A stretch of DNA of 64,000 bases from Eledone cirrhosa (lineage: Eukaryota), in contig OZ024751.1 in NCBI GenBank assembly GCA_964016885.1, positions 16,120,001 through 16,184,000 on the forward strand, written 5' to 3'. Position 1 is the first letter of the stretch, and every line of letters begins with the position of its first letter. The notes below the pieces were generated by a model. The model was not told where the DNA came from, made no database searches, and was given only the letters and a program-made list of their open reading frames with translations. A program made the position numbers and the translations under genes. Positions 1-12,589 of this stretch are shown here, piece by piece.

Positions 1-165
1 ATATATATTTATTTGGTTCCTTTACCGGTTTCGCAGTTCTTCTGCTTTTCAAAAGTAGAGTTGAGATGGAGGGTCTGTGGTTTTTCACATACCCTCCATC
101 TCAACTCTACTTTTGAAAAACAGAAGAACTGCGAAACCGGTAAAGGAACCAAATAAATATATATA
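1..165. mobile_element. Fold-back PLE-terminus-like module in (TA)n; inverted arms about 1-74 and 91-165, each with an HHR motif
   Basis: atttggttcctttaccggtttcgcagttcttctgc... mirrored by ...cagaagaactgcgaaaccggtaaaggaaccaaat; related copies at about 327-550 and 24060-24135. Confidence 0.65.
20..55 (-). ncRNA. Minimal type I hammerhead ribozyme with U3-A8 core variant
   Basis: Minus strand: ctt-TTGAAAA-gcag/aagaa/ctgc-GAAA-ccgg-TA-aag; 3-bp stem I, 4-bp stem II, palindromic accggt stem III. Confidence 0.6.
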
Positions 166-713
166 TTAAAAAAAAAATAAGACTCCAGTTGCATTTTCGA
201 TTTCATCTCTTTTTCTTTTTAATATATATATATATATATATAAATAATAATAAATGTGAAGACTAAAATCGAAAGAGGGCTCTATAAGGATATATATATA
301 TATATACACCTACTAGATATACACCTAGTAGAGTTGAGATGGAGGGTCTGTGATTTTTCACATACCCTCCATCTCAACTCTACTTTTGAAAAGCAGAAGA
401 ACTGTGAGACCTGTAAAGGAAAATAAATATATATATTTAAAAAAAAAAAAAGACTCCAGTTGCATTTTCTATTTCATCTTTTTTCCTCATATTTTCACTC
501 GTGTAGGACACCTTGGTTATTTTTCATTTTATAAAAAAAACCTCACTTTCTAATATATATGTATATATATACATACAAGAGTGTTGTTTATCTAACCTGT
601 TACGTAGTAACTTCCTGTCGATAAGCATGCCCTAGCGAACAAAAGCACTACACGTCAGTAGTTTATCTCAGGTAAGTGATAATGAGTGGCGGAGTATTCA
701 TTTATGCAATAAT

Positions 714-899
714 TGTTTCTACTTTAGGCACAAGGCCAGCAACTACCCAGTGCCTCACTGGTACTTTATTTTATCGACCCCGTAAGGATGAAAGGCAAAG
801 TCAACCTCGGCGGGATTTGAACTCAGATCGTAAGGGGACGTAACTATGCTAGAAAGCATGGCGTCCGACCCTCTACCGATACTACCAATCCACCGCCCT
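714..899 (-). mobile_element. tRNA-derived SINE (family with gcctttcatcc...gtcgataaaataaagtaccag core, Meta-domain-like)
   Basis: A-box-like ggattggtagtatcgg and B-box gagttcaaatccc on the minus strand; 13-bp TSD tttatgcaataat at 701-713 and 900-912. Confidence 0.85.
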
Positions 900-902
900 T
901 TT

Positions 903-964
903 ATGCAATAATAGTTGTTAAGATGCAATAATAGTTGTTAAGATGCAATAATAGTTGTTAAGAT
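903..964. repeat. 20-bp tandem repeat x3
   Basis: (atgcaataatagttgttaag)x3. Confidence 0.9.
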
Positions 965-994
965 GGGATTATATCACCAAAACTCTTGATTGTA

Positions 995-1228
995 TTATAT
1001 ATATTACTGTTACATGGTTATTTATGTGACTTCGTCAGATCTTTACGCAATCATTAGTGCAATTATGCAATCATTGTGGTATGCCGTTGGCCATGCACGT
1101 CCATCCAGTAGTGAAGTGGTTCGTCATATAGCCACCGGCATTTCACAATTGTTGCATAACTGCCACAATGATTGCGTAAGTATCTGACGAAGTCGTATGA
1201 ATAACCATGTAACAAAAATATATATAAT
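995..1228. mobile_element. Fold-back/MITE-like element with about 100-bp imperfect inverted arms
   Basis: tgttacatggttatttatgtgacttcgtcagat...tgccgttggc mirrored by gccaccggca...atctgacgaagtcgtatgaataaccatgtaaca. Confidence 0.6.
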
Positions 1229-1485
1229 GAAATAAACAATTATGGTGATTAAATCCCGTCTTAACAACCATTAGATCATAAATATATATATATATGTATA
1301 TATAAACAAGGAGAGACACAAAATTAGACACTGAGGAGGTCAGAGAATGTGTGTCGAAAGAGCTTTGACAGCAAATAAACAACCATCTTGTTATTAAACC
1401 AAGCAACTGAGAATTTATAATAAATTGAAGTGAAAACGAACAGGGGTGTGTGTCTTTTATTGGCAACATGACCCTCCCAAATTAT

Positions 1486-1592
<107 letters not shown>

Positions 1593-1743
1593 ATAGGAAC
1601 AAGTATGACCCCGACGGCAGAGCTCAAGCCGTTTCGACGGCTATGTCTGTGTGTCTGCACGTTTGTGTGTCTGCATGTTTGTATATATATATATATATAT
1701 ATATATAAGTATATAATTATTAAGACGAATTACAACAGCTCCC

Positions 1744-1795
<52 letters not shown>

Positions 1796-1863
1796 CAAGG
1801 TCTAGCAAATAGAGAAAAAGTTTTAAAATAAATTAAAAAAAATTCGCTGTACTTACTATATAT

Positions 1864-1945
1864 GCTTTTACCGCGGTTTCAAGTTCCAGAATAAGCGGAT
1901 AATCCAAGCGGACTACCATTGAGAAGGGAACCATCTTCAGAAGGC
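1864..1945 (-). ncRNA. Type I hammerhead ribozyme motif
   Basis: Minus strand: gcctt-CTGAAGA-tggttcc...ggaactt-GAAA-ccgcgg-TA-aaagc; palindromic stem III accgcggt; one mismatch in stem I. Confidence 0.7.
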
Positions 1946-2227
1946 TCTTCTCACTCGGAGAATATCAAATTCCCGACTTCAAATCACAAACTGACGCCAT
2001 ATAAAACCATTCCCAGATGAGAGTGAATGATAAAAGAAATAAATCTGTCTGGTGCCGTGTGCAAAGACAAAAGGCAGGGTGGACAGGTCAATGTCCTGCC
2101 ACTAGAAATAGCAGTAGTCCAAACGGCCAAGTTTTATTTCTACCTTAGGGGAGATTAATAATAATAAAGTATGAATTCCTACGTGTAAAAAATACATATA
2201 GGGATACAAGTATTATCCAACCGTATG

Positions 2228-2288
<61 letters not shown>

Positions 2289-2399
2289 TTGAATATAAAA
2301 GAAAAACCAACACAGATATATAGATATGTGTTCAAATCAAATGATTTCAACACATATATCTATATATATCTGTGTTCGTTTTTCTTTTATATTCAATTC

Positions 2400-3075
2400 T
2401 AATATACGGCTCGGAAATATTTCTTTCTTAGACCTATTTTATTGTAAGAAACTATTTTGAGTTCCTAACTCACTATTTTCATGAAACTTTACAGGCTCAT
2501 AGATTACTCACCGGGGAGTGTTTTCTATATATCAGCGTATCGTATTTTATTTATTCCGGGGTCGTTCTGCAGATAAAAATGGACGGGGGGGGGGGGAATC
2601 ATTTTTAGGTATCGAAAAATAAGATTTTTGGCTCTAGCTCCCACATTTTGCCACCGATTTTGTTCAAATTTTAAAGCAAAATAGAATTTATCATTTCACA
2701 TCCTGTAATCGCTTTATATTTTGCATTTGTTATTCAGGGACGGCGTGGCAGCCGCTTAAATATTCAAAAATACCCCTTTTAGACTCAAATTTCGGCTCTA
2801 GCTCCCACATTAATCAACCTACTTTGTTCAAATTTTACACTACGCTAGATCTGATTATTTCACGTCTTACAGTGGCTTCACATTTTTGATTTTTTGTTCA
2901 AGAACGGCGTGGCAGCCGCTTAAATATTCGAAAATACCACATTTTCGCTCAAATTTCCGCCTTTTCGGCTCAAGCCTTTTCAACCGATTTCGTTCAAATT
3001 CGAAACTTGGGCTCCATCTCACACATAAATCAATTTATTTGGTTCAACTTTTATACTACGATAGAACCATCTGAA
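2400..3075. mobile_element. Non-autonomous element with about 165-bp internal subrepeats (Helentron/HINE-like)
   Basis: Recurring ggctctagctcccacat...accgattttgttcaaattt and acggcgtggcagccgcttaaatattc; family assignment is by resemblance only. Confidence 0.4.
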
Positions 3076-3077
3076 GA

Positions 3078-3385
3078 TGGCGTAGGACAGAACAAAGGAG
3101 AGGCACAAAAACAAAGAAAAGAATCCCCAGTCACTGAAGAGGTCACAGAATGTGTGACGAAAGAACTTTGACAATATATGAACAATCGTCTGGTTGTGGA
3201 ACCAACCAACCAACCGGAAATTTATAAATTCCTAAATTTATAAATTTAATTTATAATAAATTGAAGTGAAAGCAACTGGTGCGTGTGTTTCTTATTGGCA
3301 ACATGACCCTCCCAAAGTATAACAATATCGGTTTCAACACACGTTTTCAGATAAAGAATCTTGCTAAACAAATTCAGAAACGAAA
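3078..3385 (+). mobile_element. PLE-terminus-like repeat containing an HHR-like motif (3130-3172)
   Basis: gtca-CTGAAGA-ggtcac..gtgac-GAAA-gaact-TT-gac region; homologous copies at about 1305-1490, 29096-29432 (with inverted tail), 19710-19795 and 35222-35325. Confidence 0.6.
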
Positions 3386-3525
3386 TATATATATATATAT
3401 ATATATATATAGTAATAATAATAAATTTAAAGACTAAAATCCAAAGAGGGATCGATAAGGATAAATATATATAAAATATATAAGAACCGTAGAGCAAATA
3501 TTTATTAAAATAAATATTTTAATAA

Positions 3526-3562
<37 letters not shown>

Positions 3563-3637
3563 TATTATAGAGAACTATAGATGGATGCACACACAATATC
3601 TACGCATATATACCAGATAACAGAAATGTGCGTAAAC

Positions 3638-3956
3638 CTGCCAACTAAAGTCTTCTGCACTGACGAATGATTATGCCAAAGCAAAGGCTCTCTATATTTC
3701 TTTTGGAAGGAAAATGCCTGGATGTTCTCTATGACAAATACATATGTTTGAACATCCTGTTTCTCTATATCCTCGAGAGAATACTTTATATTATCTTCAT
3801 TCATTTTGCCCGATAATCCTCTTGAGCTGACTGACATCTGCGCTTGATCTGAACTTGATCTCCGAACCGTTATGAGCCTGTGATGCATGTATTGTAAATA
3901 TAACAATGCTGATATTATCGTACCGAACAATCTATTTCTCTTATGTTCCTATTCAC
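3638..3956 (-). other. Candidate host exon (unique, non-repetitive sequence)
   Basis: Acceptor tttttcag|g at 3957, weak donor cag|gtttac at 3637; overlaps the 121-aa ORF 3565-3930; no recognisable domain. Confidence 0.2.
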
Positions 3957-4329
3957 CTGAAAAACATGAAAATCCGTTATATCTCATTTCCAATCTTCAA
4001 GACTACAGAACCGCCATTCTCTGTGAGAATATATAAAAAGAACTTTGATTGCTTACTGGAGAAATCTATTGTTGACAATGTCTATAGTTGTTGTTGGTGT
4101 CGTTGTTGGTGTTGTTGCTGTTGTTGCTGTCATTTATGTAGTAGTTCACATGAACGAACTTACTACTGTCTCTGTTCTTTTGAACACGTCTCCTTAGTTA
4201 AATCCCTTAGGTGCAACCACCTTTCATTCTCCTGTTGAAATATGTGAAACTCATTACTAAAATAATCTAATTCCTCTTCTTGTTTGCGGCGCCCCCGTCG
4301 GATTGCTTCACAATCAATAAATTCCTTCA

Positions 4330-4553
4330 TAACGGTTTCGGATTTAGCCTCTAGGCCAACCAACAATTTTAGGAGAGGAAAAGTCGATTAAATCGACCTC
4401 ATTATGTTACTGGTACTGTATTTTATTGACCCTGAAAAGGTGGGAGGCAAAGCTAACCTAGGCGGAATGTGAACTCAGAACTTAAAGTGACGTTACTATA
4501 TGCCGAAAAGTATGTTGTCTAACGATGCACCGGTACTGGCAAACCACCAACCC
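4330..4553 (-). mobile_element. tRNA-derived SINE, diverged
   Basis: Similar to the 714-899 family, with a longer 3' tail (gtcgatttaatcgac). Confidence 0.75.
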
Positions 4554-5184
4554 CATAATACAACTTTTCTTATGTTATATCACAATCCCTTTTCTCCAAT
4601 CAAGTGGGTCCGGAAAGTGCATTGCACTGCGGCCTTGGTTCCTGATTTTGTGGGGTTTTGTTGATTGCCATTTTGCAAGAACATGTTAGGAACATTTGAC
4701 TGTAGTAGGTAAAACAATGAATACAAGTAATATATTCACAACATGGCACGTCACAAAACCATAACAAGTTTCAATAGACAGGTCAGGTCATTACAAAGCA
4801 AAAATTACGGATATATATATAATTTAAGGTAATTTAAGCGTTAGCTTAGTTACCAGTAACGAATGCAAACATAACTCGAACTAATACATTCACTCGAAAT
4901 TACAACAACAATTGTAATATCAACTAGATGATCGGTAATCTTGGAGAAAGCTAAGAAATAGATTCTCTTGGTCACAGATATATTTAATTGGTCTATTGGT
5001 GACTGGGCTACTCTTTGATCAGTGTGACATGCTGCTGGACGTAGAGCCAATTCAATGCGGAAAAACATACCTGCTGGCAGACATACACACACACTCTCAT
5101 ATATCTTCGATAAATATAATTCTACATCCTCTTAACACTTCTATCTTAAATATAACATACAGCCACACATGGATGTGCTCATTG

Positions 5185-5242
<58 letters not shown>

Positions 5243-5248
<6 letters not shown>

Positions 5249-5556
5249 AGAACAGAAGATGGTTAAAGGAGTTCCATGTATTTTATTATGCGCATTTCAA
5301 AAACAAACATCATCATGCAATAATATTTGTGTTTTCATCAGAGAAAACAGGAGGACATGATATGAAGGCTAAAAAACACTTGTGGATAGTGCAGTTTTAA
5401 ATCAACATATATTGAAATGCGCATAATAAAATACATGGAACTCCTTTAACCATCTTCTGTTCTTATATATTATGTATACTCCAGTCCTACAAACTGTAGA
5501 GTGCTTCTTATCCGATATCTGCATTGCTTTATTGTACTACAATAAAACTCACCTCC

Positions 5557-5560
<4 letters not shown>
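5243..5560. mobile_element. Fold-back PLE-terminus module (atgcgcat-HHR family) in (TA)n
   Basis: Arms 5243-5299 and 5412-5470 are inverted; terminus ...aactcacctcctaca(ta)n is shared with 21989-22316, 37303-38420 and 46455-46708; HHR part shared with 27345-27575. Confidence 0.7.
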
Positions 5561-5624
<64 letters not shown>

Positions 5625-6221
5625 TACTACTACTACTACTACTACTACTACTACCACTACTACTACTATGTAGTAGTAGTAGTATCAGCAGAAGAGATAG
5701 CGATGCAGAACACTGTAGATCGTATATTAGTGTTAATTGTTGGTTTCCGTTCTGTATATTTCCTTAATAAAATGGCGGATTATAGAAATAATTGATTAAT
5801 ATGATGGCAAGATAAAGGGAGGAAGTGAGGAAGAATCTTCACTGATAGTAACAGATACATAGTAATTACTTCCGGCATTCCATACTTTGTTCCTGGATGC
5901 ACAAACCTAATTATACATATGATACGATTCTACACACGAGCGTACACAAACACGTACTCAATCACTCACATACACATACACTGATATACTTGCCCTCATG
6001 TATGTACTTACGCACACATATTTTCACTATACACATGCATTTGTGCATACACACATATGTACATTTGTAGGTGCATATACACACATTTATACACATACCC
6101 TTACTATATTTCCTTATTTTATTTTTATATATCTTTTGCATTACTTTTATTTATATATTTTTTTTGGCCGTTAAACTTTTGCCTTTCTTGAGGAGATTTT
6201 TCAAATATTACACTATGTTTT

Positions 6222-6300
6222 AAATTGCCTTGTCTGACGAACGAAGGAGGACGTTTCTTGTATTCGTCTTATTCGGGAAAACTCTGGTAATGAGGTAATT
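6222..6300 (+). ncRNA. Degenerate type I hammerhead motif
   Basis: aattgccttgt-CTGACGA-...-GAAA-actctg-GTA-atgaggtaatt; 11-bp stem I including GU pairs; base of stem II imperfect. Confidence 0.4.
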
Positions 6301-6395
6301 ATATTGTATTGTTTATTATACATTAAATTTAGCTCTGTAACTCTGTAACTCTGTAACTCCTATGACTTTTTCAATTTTCAACGGAAACTTCAATA

Positions 6396-6453
<58 letters not shown>

Positions 6454-6459
<6 letters not shown>

Positions 6460-6645
6460 AAGAGTTTTTTCTATTTATTGCCAAGAGGGCGCAAAAGAAT
6501 GGGACAAATACAAAGGGGGGAGTTTTCACAAAAGAACGAGTAAAATAAAAAACAAATAACAAATATAAAATTAACAATAAAGTCCTCAATAGGGAAGAGG
6601 CGTTTTATGGGGGTCACACACCCCACAAAAAAGTGTATGGTCAAC
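6454..6645 (-). mobile_element. 3' UTR fragment of a Tx1/L1-like LINE
   Basis: Reverse complement resembles 9480-9650 (aaactccc..tttgtatttg.ccc.ttcttttg.gccct.tggc.aataaa). Confidence 0.55.
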
Positions 6646-6781
6646 AGTATATATACATATTATGTATGTACGTATATTACATATATATATTAATATATAT
6701 ATATATAGTACATTATGAAGAGAGAAGAAACATTAGATATAATTAGTAATAAGATATATCATACCTAAACTGCTTCTAAAT

Positions 6782-6871
6782 TCCTCGACTACGTAGTTTC
6801 GTGGCATAAGCAAAAACATTATATCACAGAGATATAGCATTTTTATGAGGTCTGCCGACTTATCAAGAGGA
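6782..6871 (-). ncRNA. Type I hammerhead ribozyme with U3-A8 core variant
   Basis: Minus strand: tcctc-TTGATAA-gtcggca...tgccac-GAAA-ctacgtag-TC-gagga; second copy at 27963-28052 within the same repeat (6709-7000 and 27720-28095). Confidence 0.7.
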
Positions 6872-6995
6872 TACCTCATTAAGAGTTTCAAAACACGTGT
6901 GTAAGATGCGAGATAGAGCAACATCGGTTAAGGATGGATGTGGATATATTCATGTATATGTATGTGTCCGCATGTATTTGTGTGTTTCTCTATAT

Positions 6996-7080
<85 letters not shown>

Positions 7081-7360
7081 ATATTATATATATATTATAC
7101 ATATATGTATACAAATATATATATATAAATATATATATAGATGTTATATATTTATAAACACATTATATATATATACATATATATATCATATATATGTATA
7201 TATATATATATACACATATCATATATATATACATATATATAAATATATACATACATATTATATATATCTATATATATACATATATAAAGACATACATATA
7301 TATACATATTATATATATACATATTATGTATATATATATATATCCATGTACTATATATAT

Positions 7361-7446
7361 ATAGTCCAGACTAGGGTGTCTGCTGATGAGTTCCAAGCCT
7401 CATGGGTATACCCAAAAAATGGAATGAATCTATCGGTAGTCGAGAC
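7361..7446 (+). ncRNA. Hammerhead motif with A15.1>U change
   Basis: atagtc-cagac/gtctg-CTGATGA-gttcca...tggaat-GAAt-ctatcggtag-TC-gagac. Confidence 0.55.
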
Positions 7447-8052
7447 TTGATGAATTTTGGTAAAGTTTATGTTCATTTTTTCTTCAAACTTCTATTTTGT
7501 ACCTAACTCCGTGTAGTTAATTATTTGTCTAGTCAATTTCTACAGGCTAAAAAAAATATTTGGATAAATGTTATATGGCTGTACATCGCGGAAGATATCA
7601 TTTGTCTGTATCATTTGTCTATTATTTCTCCAGAGTTACATTTTAAACTTATAGCCTCGTTTAAATGATTTTGTATGTGGTTAATTTATACTGACTAGGG
7701 GAGGAACTACTGTATATATTTTTTCTAATAGTTCTTCAAACTTGCAATTTTATATATATATTTATATACGACGATGCTTACTTATGGTGTTGAAGTCTTA
7801 ATTACTGGTTAATTATCTTAATTAGTAATTTTTTCGCCAAATGAAAGACTATGATATGTGCAAATGTTTGTAGGTAAAATATTTCTCCTTTAAAATGTAC
7901 TATTGCTTGCAATGCTTACTTTAATGTACCACACATAATTACACCTTAATGTAATTAGTGTAAATGAAACTCTACATAATATAGATTTTAGCCTGTCATT
8001 GTATTGAGCTATTTTTATGGTGTAATATGACTGTAAAAATATTATTTTAGTC

Positions 8053-8117
<65 letters not shown>

Positions 8118-8147
8118 ATATATATATATTTAGCTATCTATCTATCT

Positions 8148-9655
8148 ATGGAGGAATACGAAAGGTTCACAGGAGCGAAGCTGTACCGGGACAAATCCGT
8201 TGGTTTGCAACTCGGAACGTGGAGAGGCAAACCGATGCATTCCGATGACGTCGTCGGACGCTGGACGTAAGGAGCGGTAAAGCTGCTCGGGGTCTGGTTT
8301 GGTCCTGACCTCAAGGTGGAGAAGAACTGGAACGAGGTGACGGCCAAGGTGTTTGCGCTCACCCAGAAGTGGGCCGAGTGCAAACTATTCTTGAAAGGTC
8401 GAGCGGAGGTGGCGAACACTTTTATAGCGTCCGTCATCAACTACCGCTTGACCGTTGTGCCTTGTCCAGCCAAAACGCTCACCAAAATGGAGCGCGCGCT
8501 CTTCCAATTTCTTTGGAAGAAACGGGCTCCTTTGGTGAGAAGATCCATCTGCTGCCAACACCCTTCAAACGGAGGGCTGGGGATGCCGTGGCTGACGATG
8601 CGCAAACACGCGCTCAGGCTGCGACACCTCCACGTATTCCTCACCAGACAACCGGTGTGGGCCCCGTTCGTGAGGCGAGCCTTCTCACGACTCGTCTCGC
8701 TGACCGAGCTGCAGTCCTGGGTCAAGCAAAGACCGAGGAAAATGGGCGACTGGCACATCGAATGTGCTCAGGCGCTGACAGTCCTCTGGCAAATGGACAC
8801 GACGATCAGGGGAGACTCCACTTCAACATTCTATAGAGGGTTGGTTAGCAGCAAGTGCGACGACACGCTCGGAGAAACTCTAGGCGTAGAGGAGGACGAA
8901 CTGGCCAGTCTGTTCGGTAGGACCAATGGACAACTTCCAAAAGTCTCTGGCCTGGCAGTGCTACCGAGGAGCTCTACCAGTTCGAGACAAGCTCTACAGA
9001 CACGGGCTCCCGAGGAAACCGTCGCACACGCATTTGTACACTGCCCGGGTGTTACTGACCTGTGGGGTTATGTAGAACGACTATTGTCGCGGGTGGGACC
9101 AATACAGTTAACCACCGAGTCCATTTTCATGATCAAACCGTCACCCTCCTTCAAAAACGAGGGAGAGGCGGTTTTCCTATGTGTTATGGCTATGATGAAA
9201 GAGGTTATATGGTGGACGAGGTTAAAAGGGCTGAGGTCAGACACCTTTCTCTCCGGCGAGCAACTGATTCGTTTTTTCAAATATCATTTTGGAAGAAGAA
9301 TCAGGATGGAGAGAGAGGTGCTGTACCCCAGCAAATTTTATAAAAGGTGGGTGAATGTAGCAAAGATGACCCGAGTGGTTGGGCCTTCTCTCTATATAAG
9401 CCTGTAGGTTAAGGAAAAAGAGGAATAGAGGAGGAGAGTACTCACTGTTGGTGCTCCTGGAGATGATGGTTGTACCTTTTTTCGGGGTGTGTACAACCCC
9501 TGTGTAACACCTCCCCCCTATTGGGGATTTCAATTGTTATTTGTTATTGTATTAATAGTTTTATTTTCATATATCTGTATGTAAACTCCCCATTTGTATT
9601 TGACCCCTTCTTTTGTGCCCTTGTGGCTAATAAAGAAATTTATCTATCTATATAT
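8148..9655 (+). mobile_element. 5'-truncated Tx1/L1-clade LINE (RT C-terminus plus zf-RVT-like region), degenerate
   Basis: ORF 8316-9407 with LSLKGR-like LFLKGRAEVANT, FQFLW, NGGLGMP and ETVAHAFVHCP; upstream EEYERFTGAKL..DKS; AATAAA followed by TATC repeats; 5' flank is (TCTA)n. Confidence 0.85.
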
Positions 9656-9767
9656 AAGTAGAAGTGGTATTTAATTTGTTGGAAGTCCGACAAATATAAA
9701 TGTTTATAACTAATTTAGAGCACTCAACAGGTTACTGGAGTAAATATTCAATGGTATATTAATAAAT

Positions 9768-9860
9768 GAAAATCATACCTTATCGGTTGGAAATTAACTG
9801 GATAGTGGAAATATATTTCCACTATCCAGTGAATTTCCAACCGATAAGTTATGATTTTCA
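9768..9860. repeat. Near-perfect palindrome with about 45-bp arms
   Basis: gaaaatcata.cttatcggttggaaatt.actggatagtggaaat|atat|ttccactatccagt.aatttccaaccgataag.tatgattttc. Confidence 0.85.
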
Positions 9861-9890
9861 TGGGTATGTCTCTATTTATAAAACAAACTT

Positions 9891-9958
9891 TGTATTTCAT
9901 CTGATGAAAGCGTACCAATGTTGTTTTGGTTGCCCTTGAAATATATATAATAAAATAA
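9891..9958 (+). ncRNA. Type I hammerhead motif
   Basis: tatttcat-CTGATGA-aag...ctt-GAAA-tatata-TA-ataaaata; one mismatch in stem I. Confidence 0.6.
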
Positions 9959-10037
9959 ATATGGTTTTATAAATATAGTTTCCGTTTATTTAATATCATT
10001 GTATAAATATATATATATGTGTGTGTGTGTTTGTGTG

Positions 10038-10069
<32 letters not shown>

Positions 10070-10135
10070 CATATATATGTGTGTGCATATATATATATAT
10101 TTATATATATATACTGTACATACATATATATGTAT

Positions 10136-10177
<42 letters not shown>

Positions 10178-10561
10178 CTACCCACATATATATATATATA
10201 TATATAGTATATATAAATGTATGTATAATGTATAGATACACACTTTTGCATATGTGAGATGCTGTATGTGTGTGTATCTGTGTCATACTATGTATATGCG
10301 ATACTTAATGTATGACATAAGGAGATGACGTATCTTATATATCACACGCTTATAACGTCTTACTATTAAGCTGAGCTTTTGTTTTTACTAATATTCCCTG
10401 TATTCTTTTCAATCCTGTAAGTTCACTGTATACAAGAACATTTGTTGCTCATAGGTTTCATCTGTGTGAATTATGCACATGTGGATATGTATCTATATAT
10501 ATATGTGTGTGTGTGTGTCTGTGTATATGTGTGTGTGTGTATATATATATGTGTGTATATT

Positions 10562-10592
<31 letters not shown>

Positions 10593-10625
10593 CAGTGTGT
10601 GTATACATATACATATATATGTATG

Positions 10626-10657
<32 letters not shown>

Positions 10658-10696
10658 CAAACACACACACACATACACACACATACACACACACAC

Positions 10697-10728
<32 letters not shown>

Positions 10729-10833
10729 CAATACACGTATATCCGATACAGTACATTGCTATTTATTCCGACATATCCCTCTTATGTTAGACGAAAACAT
10801 ATTGCTGAACATAATATGGGAATTAAACGTATG

Positions 10834-10928
<95 letters not shown>

Positions 10929-11171
10929 TATATGTACATTTTGTGTTTAATATCTAGTAGCAATATAAGTAGAAATCTCTATCAGTGTTACCCGCGTGCC
11001 AAATATATAGAAATATGCATTCGTTTCATTTTTGTTTTTGTTAAACTTAGATGATTTAACTTTAGTAAATTTGTATGGTGTTCTTTAGCTATACACCGTG
11101 TAAGAAATATTGTCTCTCTGTGATTCTAAATGTGTAGAATTATTTATTAATTGTGTATTAATTGTTAATTA

Positions 11172-12083
11172 AAGGCGGTGAATTGGCAGTATCGGTAGAG
11201 GGTCGGACACCATGATTTGACACATAGATTTACGGCCCTTGCCATTCTGAGTTCAAATCCCGCCGAGGTTAACTTTGCCTTTCATCCTTACGGGGTCGAT
11301 AAAATAAAGTACGAGTAATGTACTGGGTAATTGCTGGCCTTGTGCCAATAGTAGAAACAATTATGTATTAATTGTTTCTACTGTTGGCACAAGGCCAGCA
11401 ACTCTCCCAGTGCTTTATTGGTACTTTATTGGTGCTTTATTTTTTCGACGCCGTAAGGATGAAAGGCAAAGCTAACCTCGGCAAGATTTGAAATCAGACC
11501 GTAAAGGGGCGTAACTGCATGCATGGCATCCGACCCTCTACTGATACTGACAATACACCGCCCAGAATTGTGTAAAAATTGTATCTACTTTTGACACGGG
11601 ACCAGCAATTATATCAGTGCATTACTGGTACTTTATTTTATCGACCCTGTAAGGATGAAAAGCAAAGTTAACCTCGGCGGGATGTGAACTCAGTCCGTAA
11701 AGAGACGTAACTCTATGCTGGAAAGCATGGCTGCCGAACCTCTACTGATATTGCCAATATACCGCCCTTCTTTCCAGTTAAATAACATCAAGGAATGAGA
11801 CTCAAAGAATAATAATAATATTAATAATAACAATAATGGCAACAACACAACAATGATAATAAAAACAATAACAACAACAATAACGACAATAACAATAATA
11901 ATTGTTTCTACTTTTGGCACAAGGCCAGGAAATACCCAGTACATTACTGGTACTTTATTTTATCGACCCCGTAATGATGAAAGGCAAAGTTAACCTCGGC
12001 GGGATTTGAACTCAGATTGGCAAGGGTCATAACTCTATGAGTCAAAGCATGGCGTTCGACCCTCTACCGATACTGCCAATCCA
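11172..12083. mobile_element. Cluster of four SINE copies: 11172-11362 (+), 11371-11563 (-), 11578-11767 (-), 11901-12083 (-); also a tiny Dong-type 3' end at 11770-11815
   Basis: Each carries the cccgccgagg...gcctttcatcc...aaagtaccag core; 11770-11815 matches 19095-19135. Confidence 0.85.
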
Positions 12084-12230
12084 ATGTGTTGAAATGTGTA
12101 TTGTAGAAGATTGTGTGAACCAATATATCTATGTGATGTTCCGCAACAAGTTTCGATATTGGAACCGTTAATGTATGTATGAACATGTGACTACTGATAG
12201 AGTGGCAGGGGTGCTGCCTTAATGACATAC

Positions 12231-12589
12231 GACATATCTTGGAGAGTTTTGAATCTCACGGAGCTCGCCACCCTCTCGGTCTGGACATTGGACATTGCTG
12301 ATTTCTCCCAGAGAAGTAGACAAAGGAACTGAGAAATTAATATAGAGGAAAAAATCCTCACTTGTACTAGACTGGTATTTCTTGTATCGAAGTTAGCTTT
12401 GCTTTTCATCCTTACTAGATCGATAAAATAAAGTAGCAATAACGCCCGACTGGGGTCAATTTTAATCGGGAGGCCAGCACGTGGGACCCCATTTGTTCAC
12501 CATACAGAGGGCGAAGGAGGGTGAGAGAGATGGCAGCGATGACAGTGTGAGTTCGGCTCTTCCCTTCTGTATGTCCTCAATGTCTGAAT
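12231..12589 (-). other. Two candidate phase-compatible host exons (12506-12589 and 12231-12328)
   Basis: attatag|att...ctct|gtatgg and aatttctcag|ttc...tgtc|gtatgt; joined frame is open: SDIEDIQKGRAELTLSSLPSLSPSFALFPLSTSLGEISNVQCPDREGGELREIQNSPRYV; not recognised. Confidence 0.3.

Noticed and set aside
714-899. tRNA genes at SINE heads
   Set aside because: A and B boxes are present but there is no cloverleaf, and the sequence continues into the SINE core
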